Below are positions 19,086-29,407 of a stretch of DNA of 64,000 nt, piece after piece. Within the stretch, counting starts at the first letter, position 1. Every line of letters starts with the position of its first letter. Origin of the DNA: an uncultured Gemmatimonadales bacterium (GTDB lineage: Bacteria > Gemmatimonadota > Gemmatimonadetes > Gemmatimonadales > GWC2-71-9). The notes below the pieces were generated by a model. The model ran no database searches, had not been told where the DNA came from, and saw only the letters and a program-made list of their open reading frames with translations. The stretch lies in the NCBI GenBank assembly GCA_963730185.1, contig CAVSQW010000008.1, positions 64,001 to 128,000 on the forward strand, given 5' to 3'. A program made the translations under genes and the position numbers.

Positions 19086-19432
19086 GGCTCGAGCTGCCGG
19101 TCGGCGGTGACGAGCGTCAGCCCTTCCACCTGCGCCTGGGCGACGAGCATCCGGTCGAACGGGTCGGCGTGATGGGCAGGCAGATCGCGGACCGCTTCGG
19201 CGTGCGCCATGCCGACCGCGAGCGGGGTGAACTCGCTCTGCTCCACGGCGGCGGCGAAGGAGCCGGGGAAGCGGAGCTTGCCTAACCGCACCTTGATCGA
19301 GGCTTCCCAGGCCGAGGCCGCGCTCACGTAGACGAGCGTGGCCCGGGAGATGGCGCGTTCGGCCGCGCGATCGATGCGGCGGGGGTCGCTCCGCCACCAG
19401 AGGAAGACCTGGGTGTCGAGCAGGAGCTTCAC
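19058..19432 (-). CDS. vapC: Type II TA toxin, PIN domain
   Basis: LLLDTQVFLWW, SAASAWE, HADPFDRMLVAQA and LVTAD. Confidence 0.92.
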   Translation of the reverse strand: MKLLLDTQVFLWWRSDPRRIDRAAERAISRATLVYVSAASAWEASIKVRLGKLRFPGSFAAAVEQSEFTPLAVGMAHAEAVRDLPAHHADPFDRMLVAQAQVEGLTLVTADRQLEPYRVPVVWT

Positions 19433-19704
19433 GAGTCGGTCGGCTCCTGCTCGCCGCCGGCCGGCTCGCCGTCGGTGAACTCGGACAGCACCCCGGCGGG
19501 GAGGGGCCCGTCGAAGTCCTCGGCGATCCAGACCAGGCCTTCCCAGCCGCCCGGGGTCCTCCCGTGCTCGACTCCGGCCAGCGGCACCAGGCGCGCGAGT
19601 GGCTTACCTGCCTTGGCGATCACGATTTCCTCCCCGGCGGCGGCCCGATCCACCAGGTCGGACAGGTGGGTCTTGGCCTGGTAGAGATTATAGGTGTCGT
19701 CCAC
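19429..19704 (-). CDS. Phd/YefM family antitoxin
   Basis: YNLYQAKTHLSDLVDRAAAGEEIVIAKAGKPLARLVP; 4-nt overlap with the toxin; GTG start inferred. Confidence 0.88.
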   Translation of the reverse strand: MDDTYNLYQAKTHLSDLVDRAAAGEEIVIAKAGKPLARLVPLAGVEHGRTPGGWEGLVWIAEDFDGPLPAGVLSEFTDGEPAGGEQEPTDS

Positions 19705-19717
19705 GGCGCGCTCCGAG

Positions 19718-19770
19718 TTGGTCTGAGAGACCAAACTATGAAGATCATAGCATTTGGTCAAGTAGACCAA
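19718..19770. promoter_or_regulatory. Two TTGGTC-N5-GACCAA operators upstream of the TA operon
   Basis: TTGGTCTGAGAGACCAA (19718-19734) and TTGGTCAAGTAGACCAA (19754-19770). Confidence 0.75.
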
Positions 19771-19892
19771 CTACCGAGATACGGTGCCGCCCGACGCCGA
19801 TCACGATACCGGGGCTCAGCCCCGGCCAGCTAACCATTTTCGTGCGGGCCAGGGGCGCGCCGCCGCGCTCGCGGCGGCATGCCGGGTGCAGC

Positions 19893-21053
19893 CTAGAAGA
19901 TGTTGGGCTCGTGGGCCAGGGCGCCCTCGCGAAAGCGGGTGAGCCGCAGGGAATCGACGTCGATGGTGTGGGCCCGCCCGTCGAGGATCTCCTCCGCCAT
20001 CAGCATCCCGGTGGCCGGCGAGTGCAGCACGCCGTGCCCGCTGAACCCGTTGGCGTCCACCCAGGTGGGCCGGTCCGGGTGGCGTCCGAGAATGGGGAGG
20101 TGGTCCGGGGTGATCTCGTAGAGCCCGGCCCAGCAGCTCTTCATCGCGAGTCCGGCGTCCTCCAGGGTGGGGAACCGCCGGATGCCGGCCTCGAGCACCC
20201 GCTCCAGCCACTCCCAGTCCACGTCCAGGCGCTCGCTCGACGGCTCGGCCAGGTTCGAGAGGCCGAAGAGGACGTTGTCGTGCTCTTTGCGGAGGTAGAA
20301 GCCGCTCCCCACGTCGATGGTGAGCGGAATGTCCCGGGGAATCGGCGCGAACGGCTCGGTGAAGTAGATACAGCGGCGGTAGGGCAGGACCGGGTTCTCC
20401 AGTCCGGCGAGCCGGGCCACCTGGCCGGCCCAGGCGCCGGCCGCGTTCACCAGGGTCTCGCAGGCAATCCGGCCGGCGGGGGTCTCGACGGAGAAGGTCC
20501 CGTCCGCCGCGAGCCGAATGCCGGTGACCGGCGCACCGCACTCGAGCCGGACCCCCAGCTCGCGGGCCCGGGTCAGGTATCCCATCGCCACGCCATGGGG
20601 GTCGCAGTAGCCGTCCTGAGCGCAGAACGTCGCCCCGACGAGGTCGTCGATTTGGGTGCCGGGCACGATGCCCGGCACGTCCTCGGGCGCGAGGAGCCTG
20701 GTGGGCACACCCAGCGAGTTCTGCAGGGCCACGTTGCGCTGGGAGGCGGCCCAGGTGGCCGGGTCGTCGACCAGCAGGAGGTAGCCGACCTGGCGGAGAC
20801 CCGAGTCGGCCCCCACTTCCTCGGCGAAGCGACCGAGCCGCTCGATGCTGTACTGGGAGAGCCGGATGTTGACGGCGGTGCCGAATTGGTGGCGCACCCC
20901 TGCCGCCGAGCGGGCCGTGCTCCCGGTGACCGGCGCGTCCGCCCGCTCGAGCAGCAGGACGTCGCGGCAACCCCGGACGGCGAGATGGTACGCGACGGAG
21001 GCGCCGACGATGCCGGCGCCGACGATCACCACCGACGCGGGTCGCTCGCTCAC
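19893..21053 (-). CDS. FAD-dependent oxidoreductase (DAO / sarcosine oxidase beta-like)
   Basis: VIVGAGIVG, GSTARSAAG, VNAAGAWA, WAGLYEITPDHLPILG and GFSGHG. Confidence 0.9.
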   Translation of the reverse strand: MSERPASVVIVGAGIVGASVAYHLAVRGCRDVLLLERADAPVTGSTARSAAGVRHQFGTAVNIRLSQYSIERLGRFAEEVGADSGLRQVGYLLLVDDPATWAASQRNVALQNSLGVPTRLLAPEDVPGIVPGTQIDDLVGATFCAQDGYCDPHGVAMGYLTRARELGVRLECGAPVTGIRLAADGTFSVETPAGRIACETLVNAAGAWAGQVARLAGLENPVLPYRRCIYFTEPFAPIPRDIPLTIDVGSGFYLRKEHDNVLFGLSNLAEPSSERLDVDWEWLERVLEAGIRRFPTLEDAGLAMKSCWAGLYEITPDHLPILGRHPDRPTWVDANGFSGHGVLHSPATGMLMAEEILDGRAHTIDVDSLRLTRFREGALAHEPNIF

Positions 21054-21083
21054 GGCCTCGAATCCTCGCCGGGCGTCCGGTGC

Positions 21084-23403
21084 TCAGCCCGCACCCGGGC
21101 CGAGTGTAACCCGGCGATGGACGATGGTGACGTCGCCGGTCTGGCTGGGCAGGACGCCGGCCGGCCGCGGCGGGATGGTCACCCCCGGCAGCGGCGGCAG
21201 CCCGGCCGACTGGGCCATCAGGTCGAGGACCGGCTCGCCCCCGGTCGGGAGCTCGAGCTCGAGGGAGAAGCCGGAATCGGCCGGAGGGGCCCAGTAGCTG
21301 ACCTGCCAGGGCGACGGGTGGAACCGGTAGCGGGTCGTGTCCACGGCCCGCCCGTCGAGCCGCGACGCCAGGACCGGCACGCCCGACACCCGGAGGGAGA
21401 GCATCGTGGTCCCGGGGGCCGCGGTGATCGTCAGGCGCACCCGCCGCCGATCGGCGGTGGTCGAGTCGCTCGCGACGGTCACCTCCGGCGGGGCGATGGC
21501 CACCCGGGGCGCCGGGGCCGCCAGCACGGGGAACCGGCCTCCGCCGAGGCTGGTGAGCCAGCGAGCCGTCGGCCCCGGCGGAGTCCGGCCCGTCCGCCGT
21601 GACCCGGCGGGCATCGGGCCCGAGCGCCGACCGGTTCCAGCTGCCGGGTTTGGCAAACCCGTCGGCGGTGACGAGATAGGCGCCGAGCGAGTCCGCGTCC
21701 TGTTGCGTAGGCGAGAAACGACCGGACCGGGAAGGGGGTCCGGCGGCCCGCGATCCAGCCTCCGGCGAGCAGCATGACACCGGCGGCGAGCGCGACCGAC
21801 CGCCCGGCGCCAGGGGTGGTCCGCGGCGACCCGTTCCAGCACCGGCGCCACCAGCCAGACCGAGAGCGGGGTGAGGGCCGCGACCGCGATCCCGCCGGGG
21901 CCGCCGACGCCGAGGGCGACGAGGCCCATGCCATAGGCCAGGGGCACCACCAGGAGGCCGATCGCCACGACCGGAAGCCAGCGAAGCGCGAGCCGCCGCC
22001 GGGTGCGGCCGGGGCCGAGCCGCGGCTACGGCGGCCAGCGCCGCGGCGATCACCGGCCACACCGCGACGAACGAGAGCCCGGGCAGCTTCCAGCTCGCCG
22101 CGGTCGCCAGGGCGGTCCAGAGGAGGAGCGGGCCGAGACCGGTCGCGGCGCCCGACACCCAGCGCCGGATCACCGCCCAGGCCAGCATCGCCAGGCCGAC
22201 GCCCGAGAGCACGAGGCCGATCGCGTAGGCGCCTCGGACCCCCGGCGCGGAAATCCCGTCCGGCAGCGATCGTCCGAGACGCCAGGCGAGCGCTCCGGCC
22301 GCGGCGGTCGTGATCGCCAGCGCCACGACGCCCAGCACCGGTCCGAGGAGCCAGCGGCGTTCCCGGCGGCCGACCGCCACCAGCGCGATCACGACCAGGA
22401 TCACCGCCAGGGTGGCGATCGGCCGGGCCCAGGCTTCGGGATATACCACCAGCCCGACCCAGGGGAGGTTGAAGAAGATCGCGTTGCCGGTGGTGGGCCG
22501 CGGGAGCTCGCCCCGCCCGGCGGCGCGAACCACGCCGAGCGCCGCCCCGCCTTCCTGCTGGATCGACCCCGGATCGAGATGGGCGACGTCGTCCTCGGAG
22601 GTGTGGTACCGCTCGACCCCGTCGGCGAAGGCGAAGTTGAGGGCCGGGGTATCGAGCCGGAAGAGCTCGGAGAGATCGGTGTCGTTGGGGAGGAACTGGT
22701 AGACGGTCACCGCCACGGAGCTGGCCGCGGCGTCCCGCTGGCGCCGGAGGATCCGGAGCTGGTCGAGATTGTCGGGGCCGGTCTGGAACATCGTGGCGGT
22801 GCCGCCGGTGCCCCGGGCCTCGAAGTTGAGGGTCAGCGCGACGTCCTTGGCCCAGGGATGCTCGGTCACGAAGGCGGCGGCGCCGAGCAGGCCCGCTTCC
22901 TCGCCGTCGGTGAAGAGGAAGATCACGTCGTGGTCGAGCGGCGCGCCGGCCCGGAGGGCGCGGAGGCACTCCAGCAGCACCGCCGATCCGGAGCCGTCGT
23001 CGCCCGCGGCGGGAGCGGCGCCCACGCCGTCGTAGTGGGCCACCAGCATGATGGCGCGCCCGCCCGGGGTCCGGCCCGGCAGCCGGGCGACCACGTTCTC
23101 GATCCGGCCCGCCTCCGGGAACCGGGTGCCCACCGCCGTGGTCCGCTGGATCTCGGGCTCGAGCCCGGCCTCGCGGAGACGGCTCACGACGTAGTCGCGG
23201 ACCCGCTCGTGGTCGGCGGATCCGGGCGGATGGGGACGCTGGGCCATCGCCCGGACGTGGACCATGGCCCGCTCGGCGGAGAAGACCGAGTCGGGGGCGG
23301 TGGCCGGGACGGGGTGGGGCGGCCCCTGGGACGCGTAGGCGAGGAATCCGGCGAGGAGCACCAGGGCGACGAGGGCGTCGCCGATCGGAGAGCGGTTGGG
23401 CAT
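21084..23403 (-). CDS. Membrane-integral M28 peptidase; several frameshifts in the 3' third
   Basis: AHYD, AGDDGSG, FTDGEEAGLLGA, NFEARGTGG, PNDTD and YHT, then multiple TM helices; the C-terminus is in ORF 21084..21968. Confidence 0.8.
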
Positions 23404-23495
23404 GGGGCGAATCTGAACCCGAAAAGCGAGGTCAGCCAGTTCTCCCCAGGACCTCGGGCCCGGGGCGGGCCATGTCGCTCGGCCCAGCGTCCGGG

Positions 23496-24056
23496 TCAGG
23501 CCGACCCGAGCACCAGGTCGAAGAGGGCGGCGAGGTCGATGACGAGCAGTGGTCCGGCGGGGTCGGGGCGCCACTCGAGCAGCCGGTCGGCGATGGTGGG
23601 ACTCACCGCCGCGGGCGTCCACGCCTCCACCATCCGGGCGTCCAGATCGACGATCCAGTAGAGCGGGACACCGGAGCGCTGGTACCGGCGCCGCTTGACG
23701 ATCCGGTCGAACCGGGCGGTGGTGGGGGAGACCACCTCGGCGACGAGGAGCGGGATCGGGCAGTCGGACCACTCCCGAGCTTCGCGGCCACCGACCAGGC
23801 CGACTACGAAGAGATCGGGCTGTGAGAGCTGGCCGCTCTGGAGGTCGAGGTCGGCGGGCGAGAGACAGGTGGTCCCGATCCGGTTGGCGCGGACCCAGGG
23901 GGCGATGCGTTCGAAGAGGGCCTGGACGGCCAGCTGATGGACCATCCGGGGGCTGGGCGTCACCAGGAGCTCGCCGTCGATGAGCTCGTAACGGTTGCCG
24001 TCCTCGGGGAGGGCGAGTACCTCGTCGCGGGTCCAGGATCGGGCGCTGGGAACCAT
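23496..24056 (-). CDS. Uma2 (DUF820) family endonuclease
   Basis: RYELIDGELLVTPSP...H, QPDLFV, LVAEVVSP and YQRSGVPLYWIVD. Confidence 0.9.
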   Translation of the reverse strand: MVPSARSWTRDEVLALPEDGNRYELIDGELLVTPSPRMVHQLAVQALFERIAPWVRANRIGTTCLSPADLDLQSGQLSQPDLFVVGLVGGREAREWSDCPIPLLVAEVVSPTTARFDRIVKRRRYQRSGVPLYWIVDLDARMVEAWTPAAVSPTIADRLLEWRPDPAGPLLVIDLAALFDLVLGSA

Positions 24057-24260
24057 GCCAATACGCTACGCTCGGCCGGAGGGTGGAGGCAAGGGAGCAT
24101 TCACCCAAGGTGGCCGCGCGGGGGATGGGTCCGGCTAACCCAATTCGCGCGAAAGGGTGACGGGACTCGGCGGGGATTCCATAGGCGGGGGTCCGGGGCT
24201 ACACTTCCGGCCCGGCGTGGGAGGACGATCGGGCCCGCGGTCGGGTGGATGTGGTACAGA

Positions 24261-24334
24261 CGGGACGTGGCGCAGCCCGGTAGCGCACCTGAATGGGGTT
24301 CAGGGGGTCGCGGGTTCGAATCCCGCCGTCCCGA
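24261..24334 (+). tRNA. tRNA-Pro(GGG), CCA not encoded
   Basis: Acceptor stem CGGGACG/CGTCCCG; D-arm GCGCAGCCCGGTAGCGC; anticodon arm CCTGA-ATGGGGT-TCAGG; T-arm GCGGG-TTCGAAT-CCCGC. Confidence 0.97.
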
Positions 24335-24346
24335 TCGATCTAAACC

Positions 24347-24387
24347 AAGCTCTCACATGGGGTTCGCCCGTGTGAGAGCTTTGCTTT
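24347..24387 (+). terminator. Hairpin terminator after tRNA-Pro
   Basis: AAGCTCTCACATGGG-GTTCG-CCCGTGTGAGAGCTT followed by TGCTTT. Confidence 0.7.
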
Positions 24388-24732
24388 GCGACGGGCGGGA
24401 CCATTACTCTCTGGCGGGTTACCAATAGAACCTCAGGAGCGACGCCGTCTCCGTTCGCCAACGAGGAGCGTGCCCGGTGCGTTGGATTGCCAAGAACCAT
24501 CCGGTTTCTGGCTCGGTGGACTCGGAGGCGTTCTGTGGATCGCGCTGGCGGTGAACCGGCTTGGGCTATGATGACGGGCTCGGCGCCGTAATCGTTCCGC
24601 TCGCACTGATCCTGCTTGGACCCTTCGTTCTCGCCGCTATGATGATGGACCTGGTGTGCCCGAGTGCCAGGGCATGGTTCAATGGAGTTGTAACGCCGGT
24701 GTTCGGCGCCGCCAGGTCACTCTGCGGAAGTC

Positions 24733-24790
24733 CACAGGGGGTTCGCCCGTGTGAGAGCCTCTGCTTTGGAGGGCCAGGACCAATACTTTC
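24733..24790 (+). repeat. Degenerate direct copy of the tRNA-downstream segment 24354-24411
   Basis: Both share GGGGTTCGCCCGTGTGAGAGC...TGCTTTG...GGACCAwTACTyTC. Confidence 0.8.
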
Positions 24791-24837
24791 ACGCCGCTCA
24801 GCGCGCCCGCTCCGCCACACCGGACCTCGTGGCACCG

Positions 24838-26280
24838 TCAGGACGGGCCCGTCCTGGGCCGACGGTAGTGCGCTGCCAGGTCCGCAACCGACGCCGCCGT
24901 CGCGACGAGACTCGTCCACCGGGGCGTGAACATCCAGTCGTCGAAGAAGGCCGAGAGATCCGTTGAGGCCGTCTGTTTGGCGAACGTCACGAGGCCCCGC
25001 GTCGTGCCGCCGTTCGGATACTTCCGGAAATACCCGCCCACGATCCGGTTGAACTCCTCCGCGCCGACGAGGTCGTACAGCGTGCTGAACAGGAAATTCC
25101 CCACCGTATACGACCAGCCGGTCGCCTGGCGGTTACCATAGTCGATGAACGGCACGCTGCGAAGGGTCGAATCCTTCGCCATCTGGTCGTTGAGCCAGGC
25201 GAGCAACCTCGTCTCGTACGCCCCCCGGCCCGTCCAGCCGTTGAGACGCTCCTTCATCAGGTCCTCGAGAAACGAGGCGAGTCCCTCATTCCAGCGCGGG
25301 GAAGGCACGTCGAGGTCGGGGGTGTTCCAGAGGTGCGTCAACTCGTGGTAGAGCTCGTTGATGCGAGTCGTATCACGGAACGCAGCGGCCGACTGGATGA
25401 TCCCACCGACGAGATCGCTCTGCGACCCCCAACCATCCGGGATCTCATTGATCGTCAGTTTCGCCTCAGCGTGGAGCGGGCCGAACCATTGTGACAACGT
25501 GCGCATTGCGCCTTCCGCGCCGTGCGCCAGGAATCGGGCGCCGGTGCTGTCCGCCGGGAAGTAGAAGAACCGCACGCCGCCCGCCGTGACGGTGTCGAAC
25601 GGCGCGAGCGAGAGGTCGAGGAACGGGCTTGGGCGTCCGGAGCGGTACCGCCAGGTCACCGTTCCATCGTCGTGGGGGGTGCGCATTACCGTTCCGCCCG
25701 TGGCAACCAGATATCTGGCCGGCACGCGCACCGACGCGTCGTACGCGAACGGTTCGTTGGGCAGTCGGCGATTCACGGCCTCGTTACGCCCTCCCACGAT
25801 CGGGAAAGCCAGCGCATCCGAGCGAATGATTGTGAAGGCCGTATCGATGTGGTCCTTGACGTACAGCCAGCCGATTTCCGTGTAGGGCGTGAGATAGCCG
25901 GCATAGTCGATGCGCACGGTCGTGTGCGCGCCCGGCCCGACGGGTTGCGGCAGCCGCACGACAATCTGCGTGACCTGTCGGATCGGGTCGTCCTCGAACC
26001 GCACGACGTCCTGGGAGAAGGGGAGTGCCGCGCCCGCGCTGTCGCGCACCTGCGACGCCTCCATCAACCGATGGAGAATGAACGAGACCTTGGTTGCGGG
26101 CTTGGGCGTCCGGTTCTCCAGGTCGAGGGTCATAGCCGCGATCAGCCGGCCTGACCCGTAGTCGATACGCGCCTCGTAGATCACGTTCCGAACAACGAAC
26201 GCCTCGGGGGCGGGTTGCGGCGCCGCAGCCAGCAATCCCACAAGCACCAGCGTGCCGCGTCTCGTGAGCGCCGAGCGCAT
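24838..26280 (-). CDS. Secreted M1-like (gluzincin) metallopeptidase
   Basis: HELTH (HExxH) followed by WNEGLA; signal peptide. Confidence 0.8.
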   Translation of the reverse strand: MRSALTRRGTLVLVGLLAAAPQPAPEAFVVRNVIYEARIDYGSGRLIAAMTLDLENRTPKPATKVSFILHRLMEASQVRDSAGAALPFSQDVVRFEDDPIRQVTQIVVRLPQPVGPGAHTTVRIDYAGYLTPYTEIGWLYVKDHIDTAFTIIRSDALAFPIVGGRNEAVNRRLPNEPFAYDASVRVPARYLVATGGTVMRTPHDDGTVTWRYRSGRPSPFLDLSLAPFDTVTAGGVRFFYFPADSTGARFLAHGAEGAMRTLSQWFGPLHAEAKLTINEIPDGWGSQSDLVGGIIQSAAAFRDTTRINELYHELTHLWNTPDLDVPSPRWNEGLASFLEDLMKERLNGWTGRGAYETRLLAWLNDQMAKDSTLRSVPFIDYGNRQATGWSYTVGNFLFSTLYDLVGAEEFNRIVGGYFRKYPNGGTTRGLVTFAKQTASTDLSAFFDDWMFTPRWTSLVATAASVADLAAHYRRPRTGPS

Positions 26281-26838
26281 CGCGACCTCCCGTCATGATT
26301 CGGCGGGCCGAAGGTATGGACGTTCAACGGCCGCCGGCGATCGACGCGGCCGCAGACCACGCCGGGATCTGGTACTCAATCGGTAGGCGGCGGCTGGACC
26401 CACGCCCAACGTTTCCCCACCGCGATCACGGCGAGAAGCCGGAGCCAAAGCGCGAACCTAAATCAGTTCCATCGCCTCGGGCCGGATCGGGTTGCCCATG
26501 CGCCACCGCGCAAGAGTACCGAGGGCAAGTGTGCCTATTCGCTGCGGCTGGCGAAAGGGCGAGGGCTTCAGTGAGCGGCGCGGTGCAGTGGACAGACCGC
26601 TCCGCGCGGTGAAGGCACCCGCCGTTGGCGGACGCCGATCCCACTTCGAATGCTCCACGCGGCAGGTAAGCCTAACGAGGGGCCAGCGTGGCATTCCGTG
26701 ACGAAACCGGAATGGTCAGACGTCCGTCGGGAACAAGACCCTCACGTTGGGACGCTCATCGCGATTCTGCGACGGCAGCACGGGAGGCACGCGCGGCGAC
26801 AGACGGCCACCTCCGTCGACCAGATCATAGAAACACCA

Positions 26839-27381
26839 ATGGCCGAACTGCTGATGGCCGCCAGCCGAATCCTCCAGTTCGATCGATTTGAGCTCGATCC
26901 CTATCACCGGACACTGAAGGTGGACGGCGAACGGATGGCGATCCCGACCCAGCTCCTCTCGGCACTCATCTATCTGATCCGTCGCCGGGGAACCGACGTC
27001 TCCCGCAAGGAGCTCCGGCGCGCGCTCTATCGACGAGAAAGCATCGACACCGACGCAGCGCTCGATGGGTGTGTCCTGGCGCTCCGCCGACTCCTCGGCG
27101 ACAACGGGCGGCCGCGATTCATCCTGACCAAGCCCCGAGCCGGCTACCGATTCATTGGGGTGCTGAAGGGCGAGGGCGTGGTCGAGGGCGAGGCTCAAGC
27201 CCGGGGGCCGACGCTCCGCCTGCTCGCGGTCAAGCTGCCCCCCCTCGGCCGCCATCGAGCGGCTGGAAAGCATCACCCATGCGGAGGGTACGATGACGGA
27301 ATGCCGAGAACCCGCCGAGGGCGCAGCTCCCATTGGCCGTCGATGGCTGCACGGTTACCGTGGCGAAGATTCAAGGCTTGA
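26839..27381 (+). CDS. OmpR/PhoB-type winged-helix DNA-binding domain protein (CadC-like N-terminus only)
   Basis: FDRFELDP...LIYLIRRRGTDVSRKEL...LRRLLGD...RFILTKPRAGYRFIG; start uncertain. Confidence 0.7.
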   Translation: MAELLMAASRILQFDRFELDPYHRTLKVDGERMAIPTQLLSALIYLIRRRGTDVSRKELRRALYRRESIDTDAALDGCVLALRRLLGDNGRPRFILTKPRAGYRFIGVLKGEGVVEGEAQARGPTLRLLAVKLPPLGRHRAAGKHHPCGGYDDGMPRTRRGRSSHWPSMAARLPWRRFKA

Positions 27382-27419
27382 CCCTGCTGGGGCTGCGCGG
27401 GCTACGGTGACCCCTTTAG

Positions 27420-28520
27420 TCACCCCGGGCGCGGGCGACGGACCGGGAAGCTCAGGGAGGCTCGCGAACCGCGCCCGGTGGGGTCGATCACCAGATGGAG
27501 GTCGGCGCCCGGGCCATAGTACGCCAACAGGCGCTCGCGGGTGGCCGCGAGGCCGAGGCCCAGGCCTTCACCCTCGGCGCCGCTCCCACGCCGGCCGCCT
27601 CGCTCCTCGATCATCACCTGGATCCACTCATTGGCGGCCACGGCCCTGATCTCGATCGCCGAGGGCCCCGGCCGTCCACTGACGCCGTGGCGGACCGCAT
27701 TCTCGGCGAGGGGTTGGAGCAGGAGGAACGGGATTCGGGAATCCGCCAGCGCCGGGTCGAGCGCAAGTCTCACCTGGAGCCGCTCGCCGAAGCGCAGCTT
27801 CTCGATGGCAAGGTATTCGTCGAGCAGCGCAAACTCCTCGCGGAGCGAGACGTCGTCGTGTTCGCGGGCCCGCAAGGTTTCGCGGATGAGCTGGGACAGC
27901 TGCGCGAGGGCGTCGACCGCCGGGTCGGTCTGGCCGGTGCGTACCAGCGCGGCTACGGAGTTCAGAGCGTTGAAGAAGAAGTGTGGGTGGAGCTGCTGTT
28001 CCAATGCCGTCAGGCGCGCCCCGGTCAGCTGGGTTCGAAGGTCGGCGGATTCATCGACGGCGCGGCGTCGCTGGCGCGAGGACCGGATGGCGTGAAGGGT
28101 TGCCGCCAGGCCGGCGAAGGTTAGGACGTCTGCTCGATAGACCGTGGCGAACAGCCAGTTGAACCGCTCGGTAATGGAGCCGCCCCAGACTGCGGAATAG
28201 AGGACGGCCATGAGGCCGAGATGGACGAAGGGAAGGACGGCTAGCCCTACGATATGGGCCAGGAGGGCGCGCACCTGCCGGCCGTTGCCGAAGGGAAAGC
28301 GTGCCACCAATGGGTAGGCCAACGGGGCACAGAGGGCCAGCAGGGTCCAGGGAAGCAAGAGCCGACCGAAGATCACCCCCGGGCTGGCCGGCTGGCCGGC
28401 GAGTTGCCGGCGATCGATGATCTCCAACGCCTCCACAAAGGCGAACGCCGGAACGAGCAGTAAGGCACCGATCAGGATCGTCGCGGCGCGCGGGAGCGGA
28501 GAGTCGTGGCGACCCGCCAT
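27420..28520 (-). CDS. LytS/YehU family sensor histidine kinase
   Basis: TM helices; QLHPHFFFNALNS, EKLRFGERL, LQPLAENAVRHG and GLGL. Confidence 0.9.
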   Translation of the reverse strand: MAGRHDSPLPRAATILIGALLLVPAFAFVEALEIIDRRQLAGQPASPGVIFGRLLLPWTLLALCAPLAYPLVARFPFGNGRQVRALLAHIVGLAVLPFVHLGLMAVLYSAVWGGSITERFNWLFATVYRADVLTFAGLAATLHAIRSSRQRRRAVDESADLRTQLTGARLTALEQQLHPHFFFNALNSVAALVRTGQTDPAVDALAQLSQLIRETLRAREHDDVSLREEFALLDEYLAIEKLRFGERLQVRLALDPALADSRIPFLLLQPLAENAVRHGVSGRPGPSAIEIRAVAANEWIQVMIEERGGRRGSGAEGEGLGLGLAATRERLLAYYGPGADLHLVIDPTGRGSRASLSFPVRRPRPG

Positions 28521-29365
28521 CACGCCGTTCCCGACGCGGGCGGCGCCTCCGCCGAGTCGTCGGGCAGGCGGCGTCGAAGCTCGCGCCATCCGGTCCGGCT
28601 CACGGCAATGCGCCGGCCGGTAGACAAGGTGAGTTCGTGCGAGCCAGTCCGACGGCGGTGCACCTGCGTGACCGCGTCGAGCCGGACGATGGCCGAGCGA
28701 TGGACCCGCACGAAGGTCGCCGGGTCCAGGCGGGCCAGCAGCGAATCGAGCGGCTCTCGATGCAGCAGGGTCCCGTGCCGGAGGTGGAGGCGGGCGTAGT
28801 AGCCACGGGCCTCGATCCAGACCACCTCGTCGATCGGCACCAGGTCGGTCCGGCCCAGGCTGCGGATCGCGATTCGTCCCCGACGGGGCTTGGTGGACGC
28901 CGCCTCCGGTCCTTCCCGAAGAAGCGCCTCGAGACGTTGCCCCCACCGGCGATACTCGTGGCTCGTGACCTGGTCGACCGCGCGAGTCACGGCTTGCGCG
29001 AGGCGTCGGTCGGTGTACGGCTTCAGGACGTAGTCCAGGGCGTGGGCTTCGAAGGCCCGAATGGCGTAGTCATCGAATGCCGTGATGCACACGACCGCCG
29101 GCAGCGGCGGGGGGACTTGGCGGAGCACGTCGAATCCGGTCGCGCCGGGAAGCTGCACGTCGAGCAGGACGATGTCCGGCCTCTTTGCCGTGATGAGGGC
29201 CACGGCGGTCTCGGCGTCGAGGGCTGCACCGATCACCCGAACCTCTGGGAGCCGCCCCACCAGGTGGCGCAACACCCGGAGGGCAAGTGGCTCGTCCTCG
29301 ACGAGAACGACGGCGAGGGGTGCCCTCAGCGCAACCAACCGGGAGTCACCAGGCAGTGATGACAT
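28520..29365 (-). CDS. LytTR family response regulator
   Basis: Receiver domain (EDE, LDVQLP, TAFD, YVLKP) plus LytTR domain (FVRVHRSAIV...VSR). Confidence 0.9.
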   Translation of the reverse strand: MSSLPGDSRLVALRAPLAVVLVEDEPLALRVLRHLVGRLPEVRVIGAALDAETAVALITAKRPDIVLLDVQLPGATGFDVLRQVPPPLPAVVCITAFDDYAIRAFEAHALDYVLKPYTDRRLAQAVTRAVDQVTSHEYRRWGQRLEALLREGPEAASTKPRRGRIAIRSLGRTDLVPIDEVVWIEARGYYARLHLRHGTLLHREPLDSLLARLDPATFVRVHRSAIVRLDAVTQVHRRRTGSHELTLSTGRRIAVSRTGWRELRRRLPDDSAEAPPASGTA

Positions 29366-29407
29366 GCCTCCAACGATGGGACCGACTCGGGGTCCCCGCA
29401 AGCAGCC

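Noticed and set aside
19816..24108. 1430-aa ORF (also the 944-aa 16251..19085, 741-aa 51188..53413 and 707-aa 51257..53380 ORFs) as giant proteins
   Set aside because: These are high-GC stop-poor read-through or shadow frames; only internal segments carry real motifs and are annotated separately.
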